A DNA stretch of 64,000 nt, taken from assembly GCA_030141605.1 (NCBI GenBank), contig JAQGDQ010000868.1, positions 22,466 to 86,465 on the forward strand. The letters run 5' to 3'. Source of the stretch: Tubiluchus corallicola. Lineage: Eukaryota > Animalia > Priapulida. Below, one piece after another: positions 42,395 through 56,400 of the stretch. Below the pieces are notes generated by a model. That model saw only the letters and a list, made by a program, of their open reading frames with translations, ran no database searches and was not told the DNA's origin. How positions within the stretch are numbered: the first letter of the stretch is position 1; every line of letters begins with the position of its first letter. Position numbers and translations under genes: made by a program.

Positions 42395-43890
42395 GCAAAG
42401 ACCATACTGAACATTGTATAGTCAGTATTCATACACCTTGCAAGGATCACACTGAACAAAATATAGTCAACACTTGTCATCAATGCAAGGATCACACCGA
42501 ACAATGTATAATCAACATTCATAAACAAAGCAAGGATCACACTGAGCAATGTATAGTCGACATTTATAATCTAGGCATAGATCACACTGACAATGTATAG
42601 TCAATACCTGTAACCAAGGTAAGGATCACATTGAACAATGTATAGTCAACACATGTCATCAATGCAAAGATCACATTGAACAATGCATAATCAACACTCA
42701 TAAGCGATGCAAGGATCACACTGAACAATGCATAGTCGACACTCATAATCTTGGCAAAGATCACACTGAACAATGTATAGTAAATACCTATAAACAAGGT
42801 TAGGGTCACACTGAACAATGTATAGTCAACACTCGTCATCAATGCAAGGATCACACTGAACAATGTAAAATCAACACTCATAAGCGATGCAAGGATCACA
42901 CTGAACAATGTATAGTCGACACTCATAATCTCGGCAAAGATCACACTGAACAATGTATAGTCAATACCTGTAAACAAGGTAAGGATCACACTGAACAATG
43001 TATAGTCAACACTCTTTATCAAACAAGGATCACACTGAACAATGTATAGTCGACACTCATAATCTCGGCAAAGATCACGCTGAACAATGAATAGTCAATA
43101 CCTAAAATTGAGGTAAAGATCACATTGAACAATGTATAGACCTATAATCAAGGTAAGGACCCACTGAACAATGTATAGTCAACACTCGCCATCAATGCAA
43201 AGATCACATTGAACAAAGCATAATCAACACTCATAAGCGATGCAAGGATCACACTGAACAATGCATAGTCGACACTCATAATCTCGGCAAGGATCACACC
43301 GAACAATGTAAAGTCGACACTCATAATCTTGGCAAAGATCACACTGAGCAATGTATAGTCAATACCTATAAACAAGGTTAGGGTCACACTGAACAATGTA
43401 TAGTTAACACTCGTCATCAATGCAAGGATCACACTGAACAATGTATAATCAACACTCATAAGCGATGCAAGGATCACACTGAACAAAGTATAGTCGACAC
43501 TCATAATCTCGGCAAGGATCACACCGAACAATGCGTAGTCAATACCTGTAAACAAGGTAAGGATCACACTGAACAATGTATAGTCAACACTCTTTATCAA
43601 TGCAAGGATCACACTGAACAATTTATAATCAACACTCATAAGCGATGCAAGGGTCACACTGAACAATGTATAGTCGACACTCAATCTCGACAAAGATCAC
43701 GCTGAACAATGAATAGTCAATACCTCAAATTGAAATAAAGATCACATTGAACAATGTATAGACCTATAATCAAGGTAAGGACCCACTGAACAATGTATAG
43801 TCAACACTCGCCATCAATGCAAGGATCACGCTGAACAAAGTATAGTCAACATTCGTCATCAATTCAAGAATCACACTGAACAAGAATAGT
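42395..43890. repeat. 45-bp minisatellite, ~33 units, with 4-unit (180-bp) higher-order structure
   Basis: Constant core AAGGATCACACTGAACAATGTATAGTC plus a cycling ~18-bp variable part; 15-aa periodicity in the minus-strand ORFs. Confidence 0.92.
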
Positions 43891-44304
43891 GATAAAAAAT
43901 GGTTTGGATAAAGATGGTCATGGGGTGGGTTTTACATATTATATTTTTAGTTTTTTGAGAAGTGATTATGTTTAAATTTTTGCAGGATTGTAATTAATAA
44001 TTATAAAATAGTTTGTGTAACTTTAAATTTAATAGTTATTCTATATTTATACATTATTAATAAGATTATCAGGATTATTAATAATTATATATTATTAGCA
44101 AAATAAATTTTTCATAAGTTATTAGTGAAGATTCTTTGAATTTTTTGAAGATTTCTTTGAAATTTTTTGAATTTTTTGAAATTTTTTTATTTTTTGGAAG
44201 TGTAAAGATAGAAACAGTAGATGGCTTTAGGTTATAGTATGTTAGTTGAATAATAAATTGAGTAAGTCAAACAGCCGGATTCGACAGGGATGTACACCGT
44301 AATA

Positions 44305-45773
44305 TATGTTTATGAAAACCAATGTAAAAATTGGTCCTTGAAATGCGATAACGAAAGTCGTTATGCTTGGTGTGAGCATATGTCTATAGGCTGTATTGAA
44401 GTTTATCGCAAAGCAGCGGCCGACCAGCTAAGTGGCACATGGCAATTGTTAGTATATGTAGTTTGTACTAGAGAGAAGAGAAATTTATATAAGAAAGTGA
44501 AACAGGAAAAGTTAAGGTAGGTCAGCAAGAATAGGACAGCATTAAAAAAATAGTTTGGAGAGAGAGGGTCATGGGATCAGGTTCACACATCATAGTTTTA
44601 GTTTTTTGAGAGGTGATTTATTTTATTTTTGTAAAAGTGTAATTAGTAATTATAAGTGGTTGTGCTAATGGAGAGAATTTTTTATACTTATATTTTTAAA
44701 AAATTTTTAAAAGCATGTTATGAAGGAGTCAGGAATACAAAAAAACGAATACAAATACAGGTTTTTTGGAGTCCTCAGGAGGAGACTTGAGAGACGAATT
44801 TCGGCTGCTAAACTCCTCAATTCTTAAACTCTCAAGCGCAGCCAATCGTGGTCCGCTAAGCAGAGCTCTGCGTGACCTTCACGATTCTCCTCTTTACATA
44901 GAAAACAAACAAATATATATACACACGAACATATAACACAAGGATTTCTTAAAAAGTTTGTTAAGTTTATAAGTAGTTGTGTTGTTTTTAAGTTGAGTGT
45001 TATTTGGATTAAATTTATTTAGATGCTTAAATTTAAATATTGTAAAGAGGGGAGCTTATATTTAGTAAATTTTTAAAAAAAATTTTTTAGTTGTTTAAAT
45101 TTAAACTAATGTAAATAGGAGGGTTCTTATTCAGTAAATTTTAAATTTTTGAAATCCCAAGTGCAGACAACTAAGTGTTGCTAAAACTAGTTCTGCAACA
45201 CCTAGTTCTCCTGTTTTATGTAATTACAAATAAGTATATAACATAAGGGTTTCTTAAAAGAATTTGTTATGTTTGAAAGCAGTTATGCTGTTTTAGGTTG
45301 AATGTTATTCAGATTAATTTAGTTAGATGTTTAAATCTAATTATTGTGAATAGGAGGGTTTTATTTAGTAGATTTTCAGAATTTTTTAGAGTTATTTTTA
45401 GAAAACCATGGTTTTTCATTACTTTAATAGATATAACTAATTATAATTATAATTATAATTATTGATTTTATATTTTTTATTGATTTATATAAGGTTTTTG
45501 ACTGGATTTTCTGATGAGTCGAGAAGCAATTATAATTTAAATGTAGCTCAGAGGGCAGTAGAAAGATGCTAGAGTTAGATTATAATTTGTTTTAGAGCAG
45601 AAATTTGTTAATTATATAGTGGAGTTGTTCTAAGACATTTCGGGCAAAATATTTTTTACTAAAATTACAATTTAACTGTAATATTTGTAATACAAGGGTT
45701 AGCTAAAAATATAATCATATACATGCACTAGATTTTCAAGATTGTCAGTATCCGCCATTTTTATGTTAAAGAT
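44305..45773. repeat. Long direct repeat, copy 2 (1469 bp)
   Basis: Starts TATGTTTATGAAAACC and ends TTATGTTAAAGAT like copy 1; offset 4171 bp. Confidence 0.95.
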
Positions 45774-46624
45774 AAAAAATAGTATTTCCCTATCGTCGTC
45801 GTCGTCATGATCATCATCGTCGTTGTCATCATCACCATCATCATCATCATCATCATCGTCATTATCGTACTCGTCGTCATATTTTTCTTCTGTTATCACT
45901 ACAAATTTGCGTTGCCTACAATTATATCTTCAGTTGCCACTTTCTCTACACCCAGACGACATTAGTTTGCATCTCCAGTCTGCTCTTTTTCTGAAAGTTC
46001 TGCTGACAGCGACAATTATTATTACCCACGCTGTCGCCTACATTTATTTTCCGCTTACGACGATAACTGTCTTACAATCAATATCACTTACACGTGATGC
46101 TGCTACTGCCCCGCCACTTGGAATGCTGTTCAACGCGTGGCAATTACGTGCAGGTGTTTTAAATTAATTGAGTGGGCTTTCGGCTTTTTGTGATGTTCGG
46201 ACCCCATACCCTCACGTAAATGTCCTACCGGGACTCGTTCCGCGGAATGATGTTGGTTGACCACATGATATTAAAAATAATAAATGTGAATTACGTGTTG
46301 TGACTAATGTACTGTTTTTACTTAGTTGATGTGATTAAGCGGGCTGATGAAACCATGTAATTTTAAGTGGGAGATGAAGAGAAGAGAGGAAGGCTAGAAC
46401 TGGCGTGGAATCGAGAGTTAAAGAAGTGGAAAAAGAACACGCGAGAAATAAAAGAAAAAATAAATAGATGAAAAGAGAATGAATAAGTAAAAAATATATA
46501 AATAAATAATTAATTGAAAAACTGAATATATAAATAGACAAATTAATAAGAAACCCCTCTCATTGCTGTGTAATCTGTCAAAAGTTAAGAGAATGATTGT
46601 TGTAAAATTTTGCAAACGTATTTG

Positions 46625-46950
<326 letters not shown>

Positions 46951-47265
46951 GAATTCATTCATTCAAAATCTTTTTATTTATAAAATAAAATAAAATATAA
47001 GTACAGATACGATACATGTATATACAAAATAATTACAAATACAAAAGACCCCTCTATTTGCAGGGGAGAATGTTTTGACCTACTAACTAGATAAATACTG
47101 GTACATATATACATAAAGCACACGAAGAGAACATGCTAAAACGCTTAAAGCGTTTCGAAGCGGGACAAATTGAAAACATGCACACGTGAAAGTTATACTA
47201 AAAAATTGAACACGAGCTAAAAATCACAATTTATATATATAAAGTAATCATAAAATCAGTGAAAG
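46951..47265 (-). mobile_element. Short retroposon 3' fragment embedded between two (GA)n tracts
   Basis: Shares the hairpin CCCTCTATTTGCAGGG and AAAACGCTTA with the LINE 3' UTR at 21335-21445; minus-strand AATAAA and (GAAT)n tail. Confidence 0.55.
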
Positions 47266-47365
47266 GAAGCGAGAGAGAAAAAGAAATTGAGAAAGAGAGA
47301 GAGGAAAAGAGACAGAGAAAGGGTGAGAGAGAGAAAGAGAGAGAGAAAGAGCGAGAGTGAGAAAG

Positions 47366-47440
<75 letters not shown>

Positions 47441-47550
47441 AGAAGCGAGAGAGGAAGAAAATGAGAAAGACAGCGGAAAAAAGACTGAGACAGTGGGAGA
47501 GAGAGAGAGAGAGAGAAAGAATGAAAGAGAGAAAGAAAAAGAGAAAATGA
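47266..47550. repeat. Degenerate (GA)n tract
   Basis: Direct reading. Confidence 0.93.
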
Positions 47551-50500
47551 GAACTAGAGTACTAAAAGAGGCCCCATACTAATCACGTAATGAGTTACGA
47601 ACCGTCTCATATAAGTAATCTTCCTGCCTGGAATGAAAGAAACGGAATTTTCGAAAAGCATCAGGAAATTACTTTGAAAGTAAAGCTGGCTAATTTATTT
47701 AGTGCCTAATGGATGGCGGCGAAGATATAGAACGATTTCCTTTAAAAATTAAAACGTGTTCAGTTTCTTACACACAGTAATTTAGAGCAACGTAGTTTTC
47801 AATTAAAAATTTGTAAAGGATGAGCTAATAACTCACGGCACTAATTTTCTTATAGTAACTTCTGTTCTGTCTAGGTTGATGTGAATAAATTTATTTTAGA
47901 AGTTTTTATCACTCGCTAGTACGATTTGTTGCATTTACACACCTCAATAACTTACTTATTTAAAGGAAGACAGGATTATTTTTCATATACTATCCCATTT
48001 TCAAGTCTGATTTTAACACAATTAATACTGCAAAAGCGTTTCTGATAATTAAATAATAGATTAAAATCTTAATTTACGGCAGGCGAGCGCAACTATTGTT
48101 GATATCACAAACTAACATAATTCTCAACAGCAAAAATATTCCACGACAGTGTGGCATGTGTTTGCGAAAGCTAAAATTGAAGTACAGTGCTACTGCAAGA
48201 GATTCAATGTGTTGTACTAAAACTAGGCAAGTTTTAAGATAAGAATTCAAATTTTAAATTTACCGCTGCACGCACGCATGAGCTGTCGAACGTGTGTAGT
48301 TCGTCACAAACTAACACACCTGAACTGCGAAAAACAGCACCTGTTTTTTGTGCAATGCTTTTCGAAACGCAAGCGCTGGTGTCTGTCTAACTAGCGAATG
48401 GTGAAATACATGTAACAGTGAAGAACTAGTGGCGTTTCACTATGAAATTGCGTGGTAATAGTTCTTTCGCGTAAGTCGTTTTTTAAAAATAGTACGTTTC
48501 CTTTCAATATTTTAAAGAGATTGCTTCGACATACAGTTGAAGATTGGGTCCGGTTTTGCTTTAAGTAATATTAAAGCAACGAAAATTATTTCATAGTACG
48601 CAACTTCGCAAACAAGTGAAAGGTTGCGTTTCGATTTACGAGTTTTTACGCGTTTGAGTGGCCAAAACACGCCTACAATTTAGTATCTTCTCTCAGAGGG
48701 GCCTCGTATCACTATTGTGAGCTAGATGCCGATCCTGCTACCAAGGTTGGGTAGGTCTTGCGTTGAGCGCTAGCCCTCAAATTGGAGAGCACCGAACTGT
48801 ATAAGCAGGGGCAGATTAATTATTAGGGTAATAAGGCTATAGCCTAAGGCCCTAAATTTTGATAGGCCTTCGGAATCCGTATAACGAAAATATTTAAACT
48901 GAACATGCTAAAGAGAAGTAGCTTATATTTGTTTTCCTTTTTTGTGCATTGCTAGTAAGCACTTGAGTGAGCGAGCCTATATTGTACACAAAATATTTCA
49001 TTTTGACTGTTGACCCACACATTTGGACACAGGTTGCTTCGTCACAAAACATTTGTACATAGGTTATATAGTCCTGGACAGATAGGCAACTTGGACACTG
49101 TCTGTTTTGCACACACAGGTAATTTGGGCACATGGGTCATTTGGACGCATAAAACATTTAAACACAACATAGATATGTGCAGCATACTTCTCATTGTACA
49201 ACGTTTTAGAATCTTCATCAAAGGTAGCCTTAATGACGAACAGCAACTCACCTATTGGCTAACCCAGGCGAAAGGGATGCCAAACGAAATCATTCATCAC
49301 GAGCAACGACAAAGGCTGTTTAAAACTCTATACAAAACTGAAGAACAGCTCCAGAACAATGAAGTTTTCTAGAAGTTTGATTGCAATCTGACTTGTGGAT
49401 GAGTTTCTACGTTTAGGTCCTTCGTTTGTTGATAGACTTACGTCCCGTGAAACCTTTAATGCACCCTTCACGTACGTAAATAACTGTGACATCTAAGTGA
49501 TATAAATGCTGACAAAAAGATAATTAGACAAGAAAAGTCACTCACTCAAGATGAAGAAGAAGCTGTCTTAATTTAACCTAAGACAAACCTAAAATCTTTT
49601 TCAAACGTTGACCATGCTTGGCAGGGTAATTCACATTAAAGCGATCAAGCGCCAAGGTTGCATCTTCGTGTATTAAATTACGGGCATGCAGCCTCCGATG
49701 AACCATAACAATTTTTCTACTTCGTCTTTTGACTGCATGCAAATTTTTCCTCCCAGGATTGTTTACAAGTTCTGCGTCGTTTAAGTACCCGCGGCTGTTT
49801 ACCAAACTAGCGTGGAGTGACGACTCGCAGATGCCCAAATTCGAACCGTGCAAAAGAGATGGTTTCCTTGTCTGTACGCTTGCGTTTACGAGCACGTTGT
49901 ATGTGTACCAAACTTTCATACTGTAGATCTGTGATACTGAGAAGCATTTAAGAGGATAATGCCGGTATAGATCTTCTTTAGGTTAATAAAATCTGTCATT
50001 ATGAAATGCGCTATTTCAGAAAACAAAGCAAAGCGAAGTCGATATACATAGATAACATTCATAAAATATTTATTCAGGAGGAAAGTTAATGAAGCTAAGC
50101 TGATTACTAAGCTCGCTTAGAGCAAGAACCTGGATGATTAAAATTACTGTTGGGTACTTGTGTCACAATACAAACAATTCATAAATTAAGCACGACACGA
50201 AAGCAGAAAAACTAAATAAGTTCGAAACGGGTTTACGAAAAAGACAATAAAAACCGTAACAAAGTTAAAGCACTATAATATTGCGAAATTGGAGCAACAT
50301 AAAACGCAAGGCAAGCACAACAAAAAGAAATTGCTACCAATATAGAAATTTAGAAACAGAATAAAATAAGAAACACTTTTATTGAGCTTTACACACATGC
50401 AAAACAAAATACAAAGGAAAACACCCAATTTAAAAGACGAAAAGGCAAACAGTTTAGCAGATAGAACAATCTAATTGATAAAAATTAGTAGCTTAGTAAG

Positions 50501-52548
50501 CTTTAGTCCATCTAACTGAAATATCATCTACTCAGCACGGATAATTTTCTTTATTTTCATAAAGAATCATTTAACTGTTTTACAGGGTTCGACCTTTTGT
50601 TCCCTTATAAGGCTTATACCCAGCTTTGCTAATTAAAGCTGCATGGTCACACACTCATAACATATTTAATTTGATTTTCTCATATATATTGTGTCATATA
50701 GGCGTCACGTTGTCTGGCTTGTCCAAGAGTCTTGCATGATGCGTCGAGGGGCAATATTATATTTAATTAAGGAATTGGTTGAAAAGACATCGTTCTTTAT
50801 TTTTATTAGAATTAGAATTATGTTATTTATTAGAATTACGTTTATTTTTTCATTTCGTTGTACGTTTCCATAGCAATTTTCGTCAGAACAGCAGCTCCTT
50901 TGCGTTTTTAACATCTCTCGTAAAACAGCGACTGCAGATTTGCAGAAATACCAGCCTCACCATTTTGATGAAAAACCCATATCGATCAACATCTAATTGA
51001 ATTAAAGCTAGCGGTCTTTTGAGACTTGTGAGTTAAGTAAATTAACGCGTAATCCACTTTTCGAGTAAAAAATGACAAGTAAAAATCACTCAGACATCCG
51101 GTTCATGCCCAGTGTTTAATTTCGGAGAGTGTATGATCTTTCAAGCGCTTTCCGCCGAAACTACGAGCTCCTTGAAACGCATTTTATCGCCAATATTTCA
51201 ACTGTTACCGATGTACGCGTATGTATACAGCGACAGATGGCACGTTCTTCGAAACCCGATGTTTTTATTTTGTTAAGCTCAATCAAGTCGCAATTTTGAA
51301 GCGAAAACATCAGAATTGTATATTGTGCCAACTATCGGATCCAAACGTTTTCGCTAGCGTCAAAACATGCGTCAATTTGTTTGTGGAAATTTCTGTTTGA
51401 ACCGCGTAACCCGTTCTCTCTCATAAAAACTCAATTTTCGGCTTGTGAAATACTGCAGTGCTAAGTGAAAAGTGCAATGCCTCTCTAACTTCCCAGCTGC
51501 TTTGGAAAGATTTTTAATTATTTATGCAGCCATTCTGAGAAGAAAAGCAATTTGTTTAAAACAGTTTCATCAAAGCGTACGTTAGTGAAAGAAACCAGTA
51601 ATTACTGTTTGGAAAAAGGCATTGGACTGACTGCTTCGGTGGTAATTGGTTATTACTTGTTTTAATAAACAAAGGAGTTCCGCACTGCGTATAATTTACA
51701 AAACGCATTTGCAGAGTCAATAAATAAATCTGCTCAATATAAAGAGACGTGCTTTTATATTTCAGAATTTTTTGTGTTCCAATTACAAAAATGTTTCGAT
51801 AATTTACTTTTCGTAAAAATTACGAAAATAAACTGAAACTCAGTTACCATGTTTTATACTCAAAGTTGTTGACATCTTGGCCAGCGGTTGTCGCGCACAA
51901 TATTAGGCTTTTGCTTGAGTAGACTCAGCAACAAATTCTTACGAGCTTCTTCTTCAATACTGAAGTCAGGTTGAAGCTAGGACACCTCTGCCTTATTAAC
52001 GTTAAACAGGTCAAACGGCAGAAAAATAAAAACTCTGCAGTTCATTTCTACAAAGCATTCATGACAGCTTACAAAATCTTTATAATTCTGTTATGAGACA
52101 ATGCGCTCATGTCGCAGGTAAATTTAGTTAAACTTTACGTTCAAGAGAGTAAAATGCACATTTCCCAAAGTTCTGAAACCAAAAAAACGCGTGTTTCCTG
52201 AAAAGCACCTGTCCTAGACGCTGATCAAAAGTGGGACAATTGTTCTCTAAACATTCATGGTAAAATCACCAGTTTCTCCTTGTTGCGTCCACGTTACTTG
52301 CTGTTATATACAAACTAATGGGACAGCCAATCCCTAACGTCCATTCCTGGTAACTGTTTCCATAGTTTTCAAGGGTTTCCAAGACAAGAGTTTTCATGTT
52401 CATATATTTTTTCTTATAACTCGTAAATTGTTATCTCGTTATCTTTATTATCTTTTTTCTTATTTCTCTTAACTCGTAAATTGTGTTTTCTTAGCTATGT
52501 AACTATTTTTATTTTATGTTTTTGTATATCGTATTTTATAGCTTAAGA

Positions 52549-52738
52549 CTATGTATGTATGCATGTATGTATGTATGTATGTATGTATGTATGTATGTAT
52601 GTATGTATGTATGTATGTATGTATGTATGTATGTATGTATGTATGTATGTATGTATGTATGTATGTATGTATGTATGTATGTATGTATGTATGCGTATAT
52701 GTATGCATGTACATACCTATGTATGTATGTATGTATGT
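52549..52738. repeat. (TATG)n microsatellite followed by AATAAA and (ATTAA)n
   Basis: Direct reading; downstream layout resembles a retroposon tail. Confidence 0.95.
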
Positions 52739-55700
52739 CTACGAGCTGAAATAAAAGAATAAATTAAATTAAATTAAATACGACGAATGTTATCCCAACC
52801 ACCAACCTAATGGAACAATACTAAAGGGACAAGTGTTGTTGTTCTGACTTTTATGTTGCCTGCTAATGGGACAATCGCCGAGCAAATTTTCACTGCTTTT
52901 TCTCTTCTGCCACTCATAGACCACCCATCCATATTAATGTGGCGTGAAATCACTTGCAGGCTGTCATCTGCAGATGTGGAACAACAACTTCTTCGCCATA
53001 ATCATTCCAACATGTACCGGAAACCCAATCCTTGTTAAATGCGCACTGAATTTGTGCTATAATGTTGCTACTGTAATGTTTGCTAATGGCTACCATATGA
53101 AAGCAATGAGCAATGAAAACGATACAGCGATAGCGCCCCGCGCAACGTGAGACGCTCCAATACTACAATCGGCTTCTCCTCGATTGAAGCCATACCATGG
53201 GACACTAACTCACAACTCAACTGATGCACGTCGTCAGCAGGAATAAGAAAATTTGGATGGTGTGACATCAAGACAAGTGGAGAATACGTGATAGCCATAA
53301 CAATAGTACTGGCGCCTACGTGCATTGGTTAAAATAATAAATAAATTGTTTATCCTGCCTGCCTCCAGTGACCTGTTAGATTATTAGCATAAAATAAAAA
53401 ATCTTGTTAACTGTCCAACTCACAATGGCACAAAAAGTAGAATTGTATTTACCACTACACAACGTTATTTGCAAATTCATTCACTATTCAGTATTTTACC
53501 ATTAGTACAGAGGTCAACATTGTTAGTGTCAACACTCAAATTAAAGAATTTGAATCAAATTTTACCAAAAAAATTAACATTTTTCTCAATGAGTGGCCTG
53601 CTTTAGCACAGAACATGTTCATGAACATAGACAGTAATAAATTATGATCTTGCTGAGGTCAAATACGATTTGCGCAAAAAGTATGTAAAAATATGTATGT
53701 AAAAGTATGTATAAACACCCAAATTCTAATTGTTCGCCCTGATTGAACTTATTCAGTCTTCCAAATATGTTTCTGCTGTTTATTGAACTTGAGGTAAATC
53801 ATTCAGATATAGAATAATGATCATGTAATAAATTAATAAATTATCAGCACCTATAACATCTGTATTTGGCATGCTAATATTTATATTTAACTAGTATAAT
53901 TTGAATTTCAATTTATTATTAATCACAACTAATAAACGCATTTCTTGCTACGTGCTGCGTTTCGTTTTTCGCTTTCTAATCATTCTGACGATACCTCGTT
54001 GCTAATTAAATGTGATTGGTTTTGCCATTAAAATTTTCAAACCAAGAAAACATTATATCTGCAACGGTATAATTAGGCTTCCAAGCGTCAAAATTTGTGT
54101 ACTTACAGTGGGTTAAGTAGACAGAATTTATAAATTTCTTTTCTTGCATATTTATTTTCTAAGTTACCAGACGTGTAATTAGGTAGGTTGATCTTTTATT
54201 TCTGTCCATTTTCAAACGCTGTTTCATTTTCTCTTTTCAACAAACTCTCTCTTTCTTCTTTCTCACTTCGTTTCGCTCCTGTGCGAGTCGTTGCCAGATA
54301 ATCGAGTTTCTTTCTGTATTTTCAATTACTTATGCCAGTGCAAGACATGGTCTTCGCTATACGAACAACTAATAATCCCGCGGAAGTTGTTACCCTGGCA
54401 GTTTTCAATCCAGATTACTATTATACTCAAAGCTCTGGAGGCCATTGACTAGCTCTAGTTCATAATCCTAGGTAAGAGCATTGAACAGGTAAAAGCCACA
54501 GATATAAGAAAGGGTAACTAGCTTTCCCTGCCAGAAGATTAAATGTCTGAAATTTCTTTTCAGAGTCTTACAGTTGTCTAGAGAAAGTGGAAGAACAGAA
54601 CGTTTGCACCTTACCAATCTGCATTAAGAAAGTAAAAAATAGTTTTTTACAGATGCAACTGTATTGACATACCACTTTGTTTACTGAAGTTAGCTTTTTC
54701 GCGAATTTTACTGTCAGGTTCTATGGCTCGGCTTGCGACTTTTCACTTTGGGTATTGGATAGATTAGTTGCGCCTGGTAAACTTATCCGCGCAGTTTATT
54801 ACATCAGAAGCCAGGGTAGGGGCGATGGTAGCTATTAAACTTGCAGAAATGAATTCCTTTGCCCTTGTAAACTGGATCCATTGTTTATATTGGTGAGGAA
54901 TTGCGGTCCAGCTGCGCCCAGTTTATTGGCAGTTAAAACAATTCGGTTCTCGATAGCTTACCTAAAACTCTTAGCCGTAAGCGGTGGCAAGCTAGACCCC
55001 TGGAGTTGCAAGCTGAGATGCGCTCGGGTCAGTTTGCTTATACAAGAACTAAGGATTGTTTGCTTCGCAAAACAGTTTCCTCCGTGCGGAAATAAACTTA
55101 TCTGATGGACAGGCGGCCCATTAAACGATTTATTTCAGAATTTCGCGAGGACAATTTTCCAGCACGTCATGGTTTCGTAGCCACTCTGACTGTCCCACGT
55201 TATAAATTATAATGCTCAGAAGTTGTCAGTTCTTACATGGCTTTTTCGTAAGCAGCACTTTATAAATCGAAATAATTTGAAAGGCTATACATTTGCGGGG
55301 GTGTCCATAGTACTGCTGGTGAGGCAAGGAAGTATAATTACGTCATCAACAGAACTGCAAAATAGCTTATAATATATTAGCAGAATTAAGAAATGCTCGG
55401 ATAACTTTGGGAAAGAAAATCGCAAAAAGCTTACTATATAAAAGTCTAGGAAAGAGTATGAAAGGCGTAACAACATTCAGCTTGAAGAGGCGAGCAAATG
55501 TCGTGGTCTTCCAAATTGACTTTGTTTAGAACTCCCGGGAATTTGTCCAAGGGGAAAAGTGTTTACCGACGCATCCCATCAGCAAATAAAAAGTACCAGT
55601 TAATTAAAATACTGTATTGGGACAGAGTTCCGGTTATTGATCTCATTGGTTGTCGTGAGCGAAGTCAGTTCTGGAAAACAGCAAGGCCTTCACGAAATGT

Positions 55701-55789
55701 TATCATAGTCTTGGACGATCAAGTAATGGTCTAGAGAACTGTCAGGAAAGAATGGTAGCCGTGCGAAAATTTAAAGCCTCTATGTGTTA

Positions 55790-56400
55790 TAAGTTATAAG
55801 TTTATTTATTTCCACTCTGCATCTAACAGTTATAATAAAAATACAGATAATTTCACTGAAGTAAATATAAATATAAATGCAATATTATCCAGAAATTACA
55901 AAAGAGATTCTTATGCAGCCTATACATGTACAAATTACATTACAGAATCATTTTGATGCATACAGTTTGAGCCTAAAAGCATAGCTTGACAGACCAAACT
56001 GTACGTGGAAATCTTAAAGAAGTGATTAATAATTGAAATAATAATAATATATACATACAAGTGGGGGGGGGAGTAGTGAATGAAAGATGAAATGAAGCGA
56101 GAACTAAGAAAAACTGTGATCATGATTATAAAGTGTTCAGTAACCTGTTGAGCATAGTCACGTTTTATTAAGATTACTGTGGAAAAAGAATGCAGGTGAT
56201 TTCCATTATCAAACTGTGTTACTCTCAATACTTTTGAAATATTTCTTTTCTGACGGTTTTTTAAAAGTTGAAAGGGAGCGACTACATTTTGAATTGCGGC
56301 TTAGTCTATTCCATAGGACTGGTCCCATATAACTAATGAAATGTTTCGCCATATTTGTTCTACAACGTCTTGGCGTACATTCATTATGTCTGGTATTCAT
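55790..56400 (-). mobile_element. 3' fragment of an L2/CR1-group LINE
   Basis: ORF 56209-56400 NTR...RCRTN...ISYMGPVLWNRL...SLSTFKK is the typical ORF2 end. 3' UTR hairpin CAGTTTG...CAAACTG at ~55962-56001, AATAAA and short-repeat tail. Confidence 0.75.

Noticed and set aside
42395-43890. CRISPR array
   Set aside because: Variable segments are short, related to one another and recur cyclically; no cas genes; eukaryotic context.
40134-45773. Canonical LTR retrotransposon or mitochondrial insertion
   Set aside because: No CA terminus, TSD, PBS or gag/pol; no recognisable mitochondrial genes or tRNAs despite the strand skew.
49578-55734. Assorted 60-113 aa ORFs
   Set aside because: No recognisable motifs or consistent splice sites; length expected by chance or from decayed repeats.
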